NCBI GenBank assembly: GCA_947259195.1
Contig: CAMYLC010000021.1
Span: 34,148 to 98,147, forward strand
DNA length: 64,000 nt
Direction: 5' to 3'
DNA from: Thermoanaerobaculia bacterium
GTDB taxonomy: Bacteria > Acidobacteriota > Thermoanaerobaculia > Multivoradales > JAHEKO01
Part shown: positions 49,124 to 58,947 of the stretch, piece by piece
How the letters are laid out: each line of letters begins with the position of its first letter
How positions within the stretch are numbered: the first letter of the stretch is position 1
Notes under the pieces: generated by a model
The model's database searches: none
What the model saw: the letters and a program-made list of their open reading frames with translations, nothing else
Told to the model about the DNA's origin: nothing
Made by a program: the position numbers and the translations under genes

Positions 49124-52100
49124 ATGGGGGCTTCTGGTCGGGTAGGAGTCGACCTACCACCGAAACGAGGTTTGAGTTTGAGATCGCGCAACAATCAGGG
49201 TGAAATGCGCCATGTCCGCGCCCGTCTTCCTTGGGCACGACGTGCGTCGCGGATTGCCGTTATGGCATGGCTGGGTCTTCTGTGGGCAGGCCTGCTTGGA
49301 GTTCAAGCGGCTGTCGAAGTCGGTCCGAGCCGCCACGAAATCGAGCTGGAAGCCCTCAACCCGGGGGGCGAAGTCGTGACCGATCAGGTTGCCGGCCGCG
49401 TCGAAGCCCTAGTCGACGGGCAGACCGTAGCGATCTCCGATCTTGGAGAGGCAAGCGGCGAGTGGCGGGTGGTGCTGTTGTTCGATCAGGTTCTTACCAG
49501 TCCCCTGGACTTCGGCAACGCCGCGCTGCAGCTGGCGGAGCGCTCCAGGGAGCTGACTCGCCTGGGCCCCGTCGAGATCCTCCTCGCCGGCCGCGAGATG
49601 AGGACCGGTTTGCCGGCTACCCGCGATGCGGATGTCCTCGAACAGGCCCTGCATTGGATTCGACTGCGGGAAGATTCCGACAACCTTCAGGAAGAGCTGC
49701 GCTGGAGCCTGCTGGAAGACACTGGCCTCGTAGGTGATGGGGAGACTTCCTCGGGAATTGCCCGCAGCGAAGCAGCTGACGTGGAGGCTCGGGTTCGGAT
49801 GGCGGTCCGGGACGAGGCAGAGCTGCTGCGGGAGTACCATGAACAGCTGCTTCTGTGGGTGAGTGAGGAGACAACTCCGGGGCCCAAAGCAATCATCATG
49901 GTGGCCAGCGGCTACGATGCCGATCCCGACGAGTTCTACCGATCTCTTCTGGTGCGCGAGTACGGAGAGCCCACCGCCGCACGATTGGCTCCCCAGCCGT
50001 CGCGTCCTTCAGCGCTCGAAGTGGCTCAGACCTTTTCAGCCTACGGTTGGGTGGTGCTACCCTACGTTCCCGAGCAAAGGGCCAATGAGCTCCTGGAGCC
50101 GGATGAAGACGCGCCACTGGAGCAGGAGGGCAAGGACAAGGTCGATGTCATCATTCAAGATGGTCGCATTGTGGACAAGACAACGATCGGAGTCGATCCC
50201 CTCAAGTGGCTCCGGCGGCGTCGCGAAGAGGCTCAGAAGCAGGAGGTTGGACCGCCCCTGGTTCTGGCCCCGGCCGTGCCCTTGCAGGCGCTGGCCGAGG
50301 CCACCGGCGGAGAGCTGATCCGGGGCAAGTTCCAGCTCTCGGACTTGATCGAGCGTCTACCCCAGCGTCAGCGACTGGATCTCGGTGAGATCGAGGACAG
50401 CGGTCGGCAACTGGTTAAGGTTCGTCTGATCGCTCCCGGAGACGACTCGGGGTCGATTCTCCGCTATCGTCGCTGGCTCTCCGACATCACGCCGGAAGTG
50501 GTTTCGCAGACCCGCGCCGCGCGGATTCTTCAGAACGATCTCGATGATGGTGAGCTGCCGGTGGTGGCAGCCTTGCAGCCGAGCGAGGACGGTCAGAGTG
50601 CGCGACTGGTGGTCAAGAGGGATGTCTACGACGTGGAGAACGGAGCTCGATCCTCCCCCCTGCGGGTCACGGTGGCTGTTTCAAGGGAAGGAAAACAGCC
50701 TGAGATCTTCCACGAGGAGCACTTGGGCTGGGGTCTTGTCGGTGACGGAGAAGATCCCGAGGAATCCGTCTTGGAAGTCGAGCTCGGTCGTCAACCGGAG
50801 GGGCCGGTCGTGGTGCTTGTGGAGGAGCTGGACAGGGGAGTCTGGGGCGCGACCTTCGCTTCGTTCGTCGAACCGGGCGCGACGGTCTCTATGACCGACA
50901 GCTTGGAATCACTGGTTTTGCCGGCACCTCAGGTGATTCACCTCATGGCGCCCAGGCAGGGTTTTGCCATGGGGCGAACCCTGATGGAAACCGTCGTCTC
51001 GCGCAGCGAAGTGGCGTCGGTGGAATTTCTCATGGATGGGGAGAGCAAAGTGTTGCGGGACTCGCCACCTTTCAGCGCCAGCCTCGACTTGGGACCGCTT
51101 CCCCAGCCGAGACGGGTCACGGTCGTGGCGCGGGATAGCGCAGGAGTGGAGTTGGGCCGCGACTTTCTGATCGTCAATGAGGGCTCGGGTGTCTTCGGTG
51201 TGCGTATCGTCAAGCCCAGACCTGGTGAAGAAGGGCAACCGCGGCGTTTCGCGGGGCCAATCGACGTTCATGCCGAGGTGGAGCCGCGCCGGGGGCAGGG
51301 AATCGATCGAGTGGAGTTCTACTGGAAAGAGGCCCTGGCGGCGACCCGCTATGCGCCACCCTACCGACAGCGAATTGTCATTCCTCCGGAGGCGCCCCGG
51401 GGCTTCATTCGGGTTGTGGCTTATCTGGAGGATGGCAACAGTTCCGAGGATGTGGTCTTTCTCAACAGCCCGGGCTCCAGCGAGAGGCTGCAGGTCAACT
51501 TGATGGAGCTCTACGTGGTCGTGACGGATCGCAAGGGCCGGCCGGTCACCGACTTGCCCCGAGAGAGATTCCGGGTTCTCGAAGACGGGGTGGCCCAGGA
51601 AATCGGCACCTTCAACGACGCGGGTGATTTGCCGCTGACGGTCGGTCTCGCCATCGACAGCTCGGCGTCGATGTTCGTCAAGCTACCCGAAGTCCAGTTC
51701 GCGGCGGCGGAGTTTCTGCGCGGCCTGGCGACGCGCCGAGATCGCGCCTTCGTCGTGGGTTTCGGCACAGAGCCCCGCTTGACCCGCAATACGACCTCAG
51801 ATCTGCCGGAAGTCATCAAATCCCTCGACCTGCTGCAGCCTGATGGACAGACCGGGATCTGGAAGGCGGTCGTCTATTCGCTCGTGCAGCTGCAGGGAGT
51901 ACCGGGAAAGAAAGCTCTTGTCGTCTACACGGACGGTGCCGACGAGGACCCCGACTTCGCCTACCGCACGGCGTTGCGATTCGCGCGCAAGGTCGGCGTT
52001 CCGATCTACGTGATCCTCTCCAACAACGAGATCAATCGGACCCAGGGTAAAGGTTTGAGCGTTCGGGGCTTCTTGGAGCGCCTCGAGACCCTCACCACCT

Positions 52101-52300
52101 CGGTAGGTGGGAAGGTGTTCTTCGCTCGGGTCGGCCAGGACCTGCAGGACGTCTATGCAGAGATCGACGAGGAGCTGCGCAGTCAGTACCTCGTCGGCTA
52201 CTACTCGGAGTACACGGGAGGAGAGGAATGGCGACAGATCGAGGTTGGAGTCGAAGGTGGCGGCTTGAGCGCACGCACGATCGCGGGGTACTACCGGTGA
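49124..52300 (+). CDS. Large exported VWA/Ig-like protein (acidobacterial VWFA type)
   Basis: C-terminal VVVTDRKGRPVTDL..FRVLEDG, IDSSASM (MIDAS), YTDGAD, ELRSQYLVGY; degenerate N-terminal VWA. True start probably 49205-49262. Confidence 0.85.
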   Translation: MGASGRVGVDLPPKRGLSLRSRNNQGEMRHVRARLPWARRASRIAVMAWLGLLWAGLLGVQAAVEVGPSRHEIELEALNPGGEVVTDQVAGRVEALVDGQTVAISDLGEASGEWRVVLLFDQVLTSPLDFGNAALQLAERSRELTRLGPVEILLAGREMRTGLPATRDADVLEQALHWIRLREDSDNLQEELRWSLLEDTGLVGDGETSSGIARSEAADVEARVRMAVRDEAELLREYHEQLLLWVSEETTPGPKAIIMVASGYDADPDEFYRSLLVREYGEPTAARLAPQPSRPSALEVAQTFSAYGWVVLPYVPEQRANELLEPDEDAPLEQEGKDKVDVIIQDGRIVDKTTIGVDPLKWLRRRREEAQKQEVGPPLVLAPAVPLQALAEATGGELIRGKFQLSDLIERLPQRQRLDLGEIEDSGRQLVKVRLIAPGDDSGSILRYRRWLSDITPEVVSQTRAARILQNDLDDGELPVVAALQPSEDGQSARLVVKRDVYDVENGARSSPLRVTVAVSREGKQPEIFHEEHLGWGLVGDGEDPEESVLEVELGRQPEGPVVVLVEELDRGVWGATFASFVEPGATVSMTDSLESLVLPAPQVIHLMAPRQGFAMGRTLMETVVSRSEVASVEFLMDGESKVLRDSPPFSASLDLGPLPQPRRVTVVARDSAGVELGRDFLIVNEGSGVFGVRIVKPRPGEEGQPRRFAGPIDVHAEVEPRRGQGIDRVEFYWKEALAATRYAPPYRQRIVIPPEAPRGFIRVVAYLEDGNSSEDVVFLNSPGSSERLQVNLMELYVVVTDRKGRPVTDLPRERFRVLEDGVAQEIGTFNDAGDLPLTVGLAIDSSASMFVKLPEVQFAAAEFLRGLATRRDRAFVVGFGTEPRLTRNTTSDLPEVIKSLDLLQPDGQTGIWKAVVYSLVQLQGVPGKKALVVYTDGADEDPDFAYRTALRFARKVGVPIYVILSNNEINRTQGKGLSVRGFLERLETLTTSVGGKVFFARVGQDLQDVYAEIDEELRSQYLVGYYSEYTGGEEWRQIEVGVEGGGLSARTIAGYYR

Positions 52301-52310
52301 GGCCGGGCCC

Positions 52311-52847
52311 ATGTCGTTCCTGAAGATCCTCGGTATCGGAGGCGAGGAGGACTCTCAGGCGGCCGAAGGCACAGCCACCGTTCGCAAGATCGTCGCCGAG
52401 CTGGAAACGATGCACCCCGACAAGGCGCGTTACGTTGCTGCTTTCGCCTACATTCTCGGGCGAGTGGCGCACGCCGATCTGGACATCAGCGAAGTGGAAA
52501 CTCGCAAGATGGAGGAAGTCATTCGACGGCTCGGACATCTGCCCGAGGAGCAAGCCATTCTGGTCGTGCAGATTGCCAAGAGTCAGAATCGCCTCTTCGG
52601 ACACACCGAGAACTTCCTTGTGACCCGTGAGTTCGTGCAGGTCTCGACCCCGGAGCAGCGACAAGAGCTTCTCGACTGTCTCTTTGCAGTCTCTGCCGCC
52701 GACGAGTCCATCACCTCGGCGGAGGAGGCTCAGATTCGCCAGATTGCCAGTGAGCTGGGGTTCAGCCACCGGCAATTCGTCGAGGCCCGCAAGGTGTACT
52801 CCCAGCACAGAGAAGTGCTGAAATCCCTGCACAAGCCCTCTTCCTGA
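52311..52847 (+). CDS. TerB-family protein
   Basis: VAHADLDISEVE and VSAADESITSAEEAQIRQIASELG. Confidence 0.85.
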   Translation: MSFLKILGIGGEEDSQAAEGTATVRKIVAELETMHPDKARYVAAFAYILGRVAHADLDISEVETRKMEEVIRRLGHLPEEQAILVVQIAKSQNRLFGHTENFLVTREFVQVSTPEQRQELLDCLFAVSAADESITSAEEAQIRQIASELGFSHRQFVEARKVYSQHREVLKSLHKPSS

Positions 52848-52873
52848 TTCAGATTCCGACTTTCAACGCTCGG

Positions 52874-53866
52874 TCAGCTGGCCTTGATCGAGGCCTGGTC
52901 GCTGGCGGATTCCAATGGCTGAGATGGCTGCGGCTCGGCGCTAGGGCTCGCTTCCGTCGGCTGCCCTCTTCTCCAGCGGCGGTGTGCCCAGAGCCACAAT
53001 TCCGGCCACTCCCGAATCGCTTCTTCGATCGTGCGGAGGTACTGCAGAGTGAGGCGATCGACTGCATCTTCGCCGTTGGTCTCGGGGAAGATCGGCGGCC
53101 GGTAGACGATTCGACAGCGCTTCCAGCCCTCCAATGGGATCCCGAAAACGGGGACTACTGGGGCACCGGTGCGCAGAGACAGCCGTGCCATCAGAGGGGT
53201 CGTGTAGGCCGGGTGACCGAAGAAGTCGTAGGCTCTGCCTTCGTTCGGGTGGACACGCTGATCGATCAGGAGGCCAGTGACGCCACCGCTCCTCAGGGTT
53301 CGAATCAGCTGTCGCGCCGCACCGCGCTTCATGATCGTCCGATTCCCGAAGCGCTCCCGTATTCGGCGAATTTCCCTTTCGAGATAGGGATTGTCGAGGG
53401 GCCGCGCGACGAAGGAAACTGGCTTTCCCCGCAGCACCGGAGCCTGCGCGAGAGCCTCCCAGTTGCCGATGTGGGCGGTCATCAGCAAGACGCCCTTGCC
53501 CGCTTGCTCGGCCAGTTCGAAGTTCTTCCAGCCTTCGAAATCGAGGCGGGCCAGGTAACTCTCGCGGTCCATTTTCGCGGTGGTGGCGAGTTCTACTGCC
53601 GCCGTGCCGATGTTGCCAAAGGACTCCCTCGCAACGCGCTTGCGGCTGGCCAACGGCCACTCGGGAAAGGCGAGCTCGAGGTTCTGCAGCGCCACTCGTC
53701 GATGCCTGGCGTCCAGAAGGTAGCCCATCCGGCCGCCCCATCGCCCGAAAGCCAATCTCATCGTCTCAGGCAGTAGGCTCACCAGGGACTTAGCTCCCCT
53801 ATAGGCACCCAACTCCAGCCGGTAGCGGACAGGGTGCTCTTTCCGTCGCTGATTCCTGTGCGTCAT
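52874..53866 (-). CDS. Lipid A lauroyl/myristoyl acyltransferase family (LpxL/HtrB-like)
   Basis: NLELAFPE, AHIGNWE, LIDQ, FFG, PELWLWAHRRWR. Confidence 0.9.
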   Translation of the reverse strand: MTHRNQRRKEHPVRYRLELGAYRGAKSLVSLLPETMRLAFGRWGGRMGYLLDARHRRVALQNLELAFPEWPLASRKRVARESFGNIGTAAVELATTAKMDRESYLARLDFEGWKNFELAEQAGKGVLLMTAHIGNWEALAQAPVLRGKPVSFVARPLDNPYLEREIRRIRERFGNRTIMKRGAARQLIRTLRSGGVTGLLIDQRVHPNEGRAYDFFGHPAYTTPLMARLSLRTGAPVVPVFGIPLEGWKRCRIVYRPPIFPETNGEDAVDRLTLQYLRTIEEAIREWPELWLWAHRRWRRGQPTEASPSAEPQPSQPLESASDQASIKAS

Positions 53867-54212
53867 CGTCTCGATCTGACACCTTGTTAGATGTCGACTC
53901 CTCGGTCCAGGCCAGTAGTGGGCTCGCGAAATACCCTCGACCCAGTGGCTTCAGGACAGAAAAGAATCGCCGCCTGCCATCAGGCAGGTGCGGCTCTAGG
54001 ATTATATCCGTGGTGTCTGGTCGGATCGAACCCTCAGCCCGTACCTTTCGTCGCCCCCACGGCATCTAGTGGAGATCGCCCGCCATCTCAGGCCGTCCTC
54101 GCTCGTCGCTTCTCAACAACCTTCGAAGTTGCCTCCGGTGTTCCTCCCTGCGAGTTATCAGATCTGACGGACGCTTTCCACAATCTGCTCACGGCGTCAT
54201 GAACAGTGCGGG

Positions 54213-55178
54213 CTAGAGCGCCAAGAGGCTCTCCAGGATCGCGCCCTTGGCCAAGAGAACCTTGTAGGCGTTCTGTTCCAGGGGCTGAGCTCCGGCTACC
54301 GCGGCAGCAGCAGCGTCGGCCGCCACTGAAGGGCTTGGCTGCTTTCCGATGAGGGCCCGTTCAGCGGCCTCCGCCCGCCAAGGTACAGGCGCCACACCTC
54401 CAAGAACAAGCCTGGCCTCGGCGATTGTGGAACCGTTCATTCGAACCGCGAGGGCGACACTGACGAGGGCGAAATCCCAAGCGCCTCGCTCGCGGATCTT
54501 GCGGTAGGAGCTCTTGATCCCGCTGGCCCCTGGCAGAAGAACCTCGGTGACGATTTCACCCGGCTCCAGGAGGTTCTCCCGGCTCAGGTCCTGATCTGGC
54601 AGCACGAAGAAGTCCTGCAGGGGCATGGAGCGGCTCCCGGCGGCTCCCGAGATGTGGATTTCCGCTCCGAGTGCCACCAGCATCGGTGCCGTGTCGGAGG
54701 GGTGGACGATGTAGCATGGATCGCCACCCAAGATGGCGTGGTAGCGGTTCTCACCCTCCACGGCATAACACAGGTCGCCGCCCTTCTTGGCGCAATGGAA
54801 GTCGCCGCGAAAGTACCAGCAGCGGGGGCGCTGACAGAGATTGCCGCCGAGGGTGCCCTGGTTCCGGAGCTGGGGGCTGGCTACGTCGCCAGCTGCCTGG
54901 GCCAGCCCCGGATAGCTCTCTTGAACCAGGGGACTCTGTGCAATCTCCGAGATCGTGGTCAGGGCACCGATCCGGAGACTGCCGTCACTGGACCTGGTGA
55001 TTCCCCTGAGCTCCTCCAGACGGCTGATGCTGACGATCTTCTCGACTTCGAAGACCTCGGCTCGGGCACAGCCCAGAATGTCGGTGCCACCGGCGTGAAC
55101 GTGGGCTCCCTCACTCCCCAGGTTGTTGAGAGCCTCCTGCTTGGTGCGAGCACGGATGTAGGCGAAGTTCGGCAACAT
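54213..55178 (-). CDS. Mo-hydroxylase FAD subunit (PaoB/YagS-like, with Fe-S insertion)
   Basis: AGGTD, ASPQLRNQGTLGGNLCQRPRCWYFR..C..GG..C, HPSD, YRKIRER, GGVAPVPWR. Confidence 0.92.
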   Translation of the reverse strand: MLPNFAYIRARTKQEALNNLGSEGAHVHAGGTDILGCARAEVFEVEKIVSISRLEELRGITRSSDGSLRIGALTTISEIAQSPLVQESYPGLAQAAGDVASPQLRNQGTLGGNLCQRPRCWYFRGDFHCAKKGGDLCYAVEGENRYHAILGGDPCYIVHPSDTAPMLVALGAEIHISGAAGSRSMPLQDFFVLPDQDLSRENLLEPGEIVTEVLLPGASGIKSSYRKIRERGAWDFALVSVALAVRMNGSTIAEARLVLGGVAPVPWRAEAAERALIGKQPSPSVAADAAAAAVAGAQPLEQNAYKVLLAKGAILESLLAL

Positions 55179-55181
55179 GGG

Positions 55182-57494
55182 TCAGGCTCTCCTCTGGTCG
55201 TGGGCCGCTAGCAGCTCCAGGAGTCTGGTGGGGTTGATCGGCGCCTCTGTCACGCGGACGCCGGTGGCATGGTAAACCGCGTTGGCTATGGCTGCGGCCG
55301 TCGGAATGGTCACCGGTTCTCCCAGCCCCTTGGCGCCGGTGGTGTTGCACTCTAGATCCTGGATCTCGATGGGCAAGGACTCGATAGCAGCAGGTACATC
55401 CATGGCAGTCGGAATCTTGTAGTCGTGCCAGTTTCTGTTGACCATCTTCCCGGTCTGCTTCTCGTCCAGTACGCGCCGCTCCATCAGTCCGAAGCCGATG
55501 CCCATGACGATGCCGCCGTAGACCTGATTGTCGTAGGTCAGGCGACTCATCACCCTGCCGCTGTCGTGGGCCCCCAGGAAACGGAGAACCCTGACTTCGC
55601 CCGTCAACTTGTCGACCTCGACTTCACAGAATTGAGCGGCGAACGGGCAGGTCGCCTTACCTTCGGGATTGGGTCCACGGTAGCCGATTCCGACGACCGT
55701 TCTCCGGCGCTGAAACTGGCTAATCTCTTTGACTGCCATGCGCTTGGAAGAATCACGCGACGAAAAGACCTCACCTTCATGGAGTTGCAAATCACCTACC
55801 GGAGTCTCCAGGTCTGCGGCCGCCATGACCAGGAGTTGCTCTTTGCAGTCCAGGGCCGCGGCGCGCACAGCGGGTGACTCGGTGGGGACCGTCTTGCTGC
55901 CACCGCTGGCGGTGGCGAACTCCGTGGTGCCGGTGTCGGCATGCTCGATCTGGATGCGCTCCAGAGGTACGCCCAACTCTTCGGCCACGACCATCGCCAT
56001 GACCGTCTTGGTCCCGGTGCCGATATCGCTGGCACCCATATTCAGATTGACGCTGCCGTCGGCGAAGTACTTCACGATCGCTGTCGAGGGTGGCCCGCCC
56101 GCACCAGCTATCCAGGTGCAGCCCCCCATCCCAACTCCCCGGACCAGCGCACCATCTGCGGCCGGTCGGGCCCGTGCGGCCGCCCAACCGAAGGCCCTGG
56201 CACCCTCCTCGAGGCACTCCTTGAAGCCCGTCGAGGTGTAGGGGATGCCTCCCCGAGCCTGACTCACCGTGGTGAGGTTTCTGAGCCGCAGCTCAAGTGG
56301 ATCCAGCCCGAGCTTCTCGGCCAGGGCGTCGAGAATCTGTTCGAGAGCCCAGGACCCCTGTGGGTGCCCAGGCGCACGCATGGGTCTCTCTTCGCCGGCG
56401 TTGATGTAGGCGCTCTGCCCCTTGGTTCGTACGTTCGAGCAGTTGTAGAGGTCGCGAATCTGCCAGTCGAACAGCCCAGTACCGTAGGGAGAGTAGGCCC
56501 CTCCGGAGCCTAATGCCTCGAATTCGAGGGCTGTCAGCGAGCCATCCCGCTTCGCCCCGGCTTTGAGGCGCATGGTGCCTCCAGGCCGGTTGCCGACGCA
56601 GAGGAGCGTCTCTTCGCGGCTCAAGAACACCTTCACCGGCTTGGCGGTCTGCTTGGCCAAAAGAGCAGCTATCAGGGTGTATTTGCCGATGGCCAACTTG
56701 GAGCCGAATCCACCCCCCACGTAGTGCCCGATGACCCTCACATGGCTGAGTGGAAGATCGAGGGCTGCGGCGGTCTGGCTCTGAACGTTGTAGACGCCCT
56801 GAGTCGACTCCCATAGGGTCAGCTTGTCTCCTTCCCAGCGAGCCACACAGCCGTGGGGCTCCAGCGGGGTGTGAAGCAGGAAGGGAACCGCGAAGGTCTC
56901 TTCAACGACCGCGTCGGCCGCGTCGAATCCCGCGTTGACGTCCCCTCGCTCATAGGTCGACGGCTCTCCGGAGCTGTTGCCGTCCGGATGAACTTTGGGA
57001 GCTCCCGGCTCGAGGGCAGCCTGTGGATTCGAGACGGCTGGTAGCACGTCGTAGACCACCCTGATGGTGCGCAAGGCATCGTGCGCCTGATAGGGGGTCG
57101 CTGCCGCCACGGCCGCTACGGCTTCGCCCTCGAATCTACAGACCGAGTCGAACAGGACCGAGGCCGGACCCTCGCTCTCGGGCTGCCAGGGGATATCGGT
57201 ACCGGGGCTTTCTGCCGTCAGAATCGCCCGTACGCCAGGCATCTGCTCGGCAGCGGTCGTATCGAGACTCTGGACCTTGGCGTGTGCGTGCGGGCAACGC
57301 AGCACGGCGCCGTACAGCATCTCCGGCAGGTTGACATCCGATGGGTAAATGGCAGCGCCGCTCAAGCGCTGGTAGGCGTCGACGCGGGGCAGAGCCTGGC
57401 CGACGACCTTGGTTGCGGTCCAGTGGTCCTGTCGTTGCTTCGGCTCCGGTGTTTCGGGAATCGGACCGCGCTCATAGTACCTGGCCTCGGTCAT
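55182..57494 (-). CDS. Mo-hydroxylase molybdopterin subunit (PaoC/YagR-like)
   Basis: HTPLEPH, STQG, VGGGFGSK, MRAPG, DIGTG, SGGS, GAKGLGE. Confidence 0.93.
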   Translation of the reverse strand: MTEARYYERGPIPETPEPKQRQDHWTATKVVGQALPRVDAYQRLSGAAIYPSDVNLPEMLYGAVLRCPHAHAKVQSLDTTAAEQMPGVRAILTAESPGTDIPWQPESEGPASVLFDSVCRFEGEAVAAVAAATPYQAHDALRTIRVVYDVLPAVSNPQAALEPGAPKVHPDGNSSGEPSTYERGDVNAGFDAADAVVEETFAVPFLLHTPLEPHGCVARWEGDKLTLWESTQGVYNVQSQTAAALDLPLSHVRVIGHYVGGGFGSKLAIGKYTLIAALLAKQTAKPVKVFLSREETLLCVGNRPGGTMRLKAGAKRDGSLTALEFEALGSGGAYSPYGTGLFDWQIRDLYNCSNVRTKGQSAYINAGEERPMRAPGHPQGSWALEQILDALAEKLGLDPLELRLRNLTTVSQARGGIPYTSTGFKECLEEGARAFGWAAARARPAADGALVRGVGMGGCTWIAGAGGPPSTAIVKYFADGSVNLNMGASDIGTGTKTVMAMVVAEELGVPLERIQIEHADTGTTEFATASGGSKTVPTESPAVRAAALDCKEQLLVMAAADLETPVGDLQLHEGEVFSSRDSSKRMAVKEISQFQRRRTVVGIGYRGPNPEGKATCPFAAQFCEVEVDKLTGEVRVLRFLGAHDSGRVMSRLTYDNQVYGGIVMGIGFGLMERRVLDEKQTGKMVNRNWHDYKIPTAMDVPAAIESLPIEIQDLECNTTGAKGLGEPVTIPTAAAIANAVYHATGVRVTEAPINPTRLLELLAAHDQRRA

Positions 57495-58138
57495 GACCCA
57501 CCTCCCCGGCCTCGCTTCATATCAGCAGCCAGGTGGGCTGCCTTGAAGATGTTGGGGTAGGTTCCACAGCGGCACAGATTGCCGCTCACCCCGGTGCGGA
57601 TCTCCTCGATGGACGGATCGGGGTTGGATCGCAACAGCCCTTCGACTGCCATCACCTGTCCCGGAGTGCAGTAGCCGCACTGAAAGGCGTCCTTCTCTGC
57701 AAAGGCGCGCTGGACGTCGCCGAGCTCCTCGCCGTCGAGTAGACCCTCTAGGGTCGTGATCTTGCTGTCCTCCGCCTCCAGAGTCAGGGTCATGCAGGAA
57801 TAGCGGGGCACATCGTCCACGAGAACCGTACATGCACCGCACTCTCCGCGATCACAGCCGAGTTTGGTCCCGGTCATTACCAGCTGCTCTCTAAGGACGT
57901 AAGCGAGTGACCAGCGTGGCTCAACCAGCAGTCGCTTGCGGACTCCGTTGATTTGCAAAGTGACTGGCACGGTCTGGCCAGCCTCGATGACGACAGCTGA
58001 ATCGGTCTTCGTATCCCCTTCTACGGCTGGCACGCCTGTTGCCAGCCCCACGGCACCAAGGCCAGTGCCGGTCAGGAAGTGGCGACGAGTAACTCCCGGC
58101 TCGGCCGCGTTCTTCTTCTTTCGGTGGTTGTCTTCCAT
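57491..58138 (-). CDS. Mo-hydroxylase 2x[2Fe-2S] subunit with Tat signal (PaoA/YagT-like)
   Basis: VTRRHFL twin-arginine motif; GCDRGECGAC, QCGYC, CRC; start MEDNH at 58138. Confidence 0.93.
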   Translation of the reverse strand: MEDNHRKKKNAAEPGVTRRHFLTGTGLGAVGLATGVPAVEGDTKTDSAVVIEAGQTVPVTLQINGVRKRLLVEPRWSLAYVLREQLVMTGTKLGCDRGECGACTVLVDDVPRYSCMTLTLEAEDSKITTLEGLLDGEELGDVQRAFAEKDAFQCGYCTPGQVMAVEGLLRSNPDPSIEEIRTGVSGNLCRCGTYPNIFKAAHLAADMKRGRGGGS

Positions 58139-58343
58139 CAGATTCCTCCGAGTAAATGGCTGATTGGAAATAACTATACCGCGCCAAGGGGCGGTGGGCG
58201 TCTTTGTGCCCAGGAGAGATGTGGCGCCGTCGGAGAGAATCGGCACAGAGGCGCAAGACACGACTCACCAGTGCTGGATTCGCTCCAGTCGAGCCATGAA
58301 CTCGAAGGCCTGGTCTCGATGGCACGTCCGACAGGTCAGCTGA

Positions 58344-58805
58344 TCAGGGATCCGGCCCCCGTTGGCCAGGAAGGCACCTCGATCTTTCATGATCTCCGGA
58401 TCCATATAGGATGATCCTCGGCCGTGGCAGGCTTCGCATCCCACCTCCGGCCTCGAGGAGGACCGTCATCATCTGCGCGTCATCATGATGAGTCGCACCA
58501 TGCAGGGATGTTCCTCCATCGGCAGCGACGCTGTTGGGATCCGCGCCGTTCTCGGCCAGGAGGCGGACCACTTCGCTATTGCCACGAATCGCCGCCCACC
58601 GCAGGGCGCTGTAGCCAGCCACGTTTCATACCTGGAAAAGGTCCGGGTCGGCAGAAGCGAGCTTCCGTACCCGGTCGAGCCGTCCGGTCTTGGGTGCCTC
58701 GAGGATCTGCTCGCCCTGAACCCCGGAGGGGAGGACTGCATGGGCGCAGATGGGGACAAGAGAGGCCGCCAAGATGAGCGGAGCGGGAGCAGGGAGGAAG
58801 AACAT
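58344..58805 (-). pseudogene. Exported ankyrin-repeat protein with in-frame TGA and degraded 3' end
   Basis: A single frame reads signal peptide...DPDLFQV*NVAGYSALRWAAIRGNSEVVRLLAENGADPN...GGTSLHGA; TGA at 58626-58628. Confidence 0.75.
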
Positions 58806-58947
58806 GACGACCTTCTTTCCGGTTAGAAGTCGCTCGAGTGCGCGTCCAGATCTCGGCCCTCGGAGCGGGCCTGATCTCTTCTCTCTTCCTACGAATTGCG
58901 CATCCGGAGGTTTCCGGCGATAGCCTGGGGTTGCCTGGCCGGCCATC

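Noticed and set aside
53874-53892. Palindrome ATCTGACA-cct-TGTTAGAT as an integron attC site
   Set aside because: Contains GTTRRRY but no matching RYYYAAC at a suitable distance and no integrase. It could be an operator, but that is unsupported.
54213-58138. Tat-exported Mo-hydroxylase operon as a novelty
   Set aside because: Matches the known PaoABC/YagTSR-type organisation; only the substrate is unknown.
58626-58628. Selenocysteine or readthrough at the in-frame TGA
   Set aside because: The position corresponds to a non-catalytic ankyrin linker residue and the 3' end is also degraded. A nonsense mutation is simpler.
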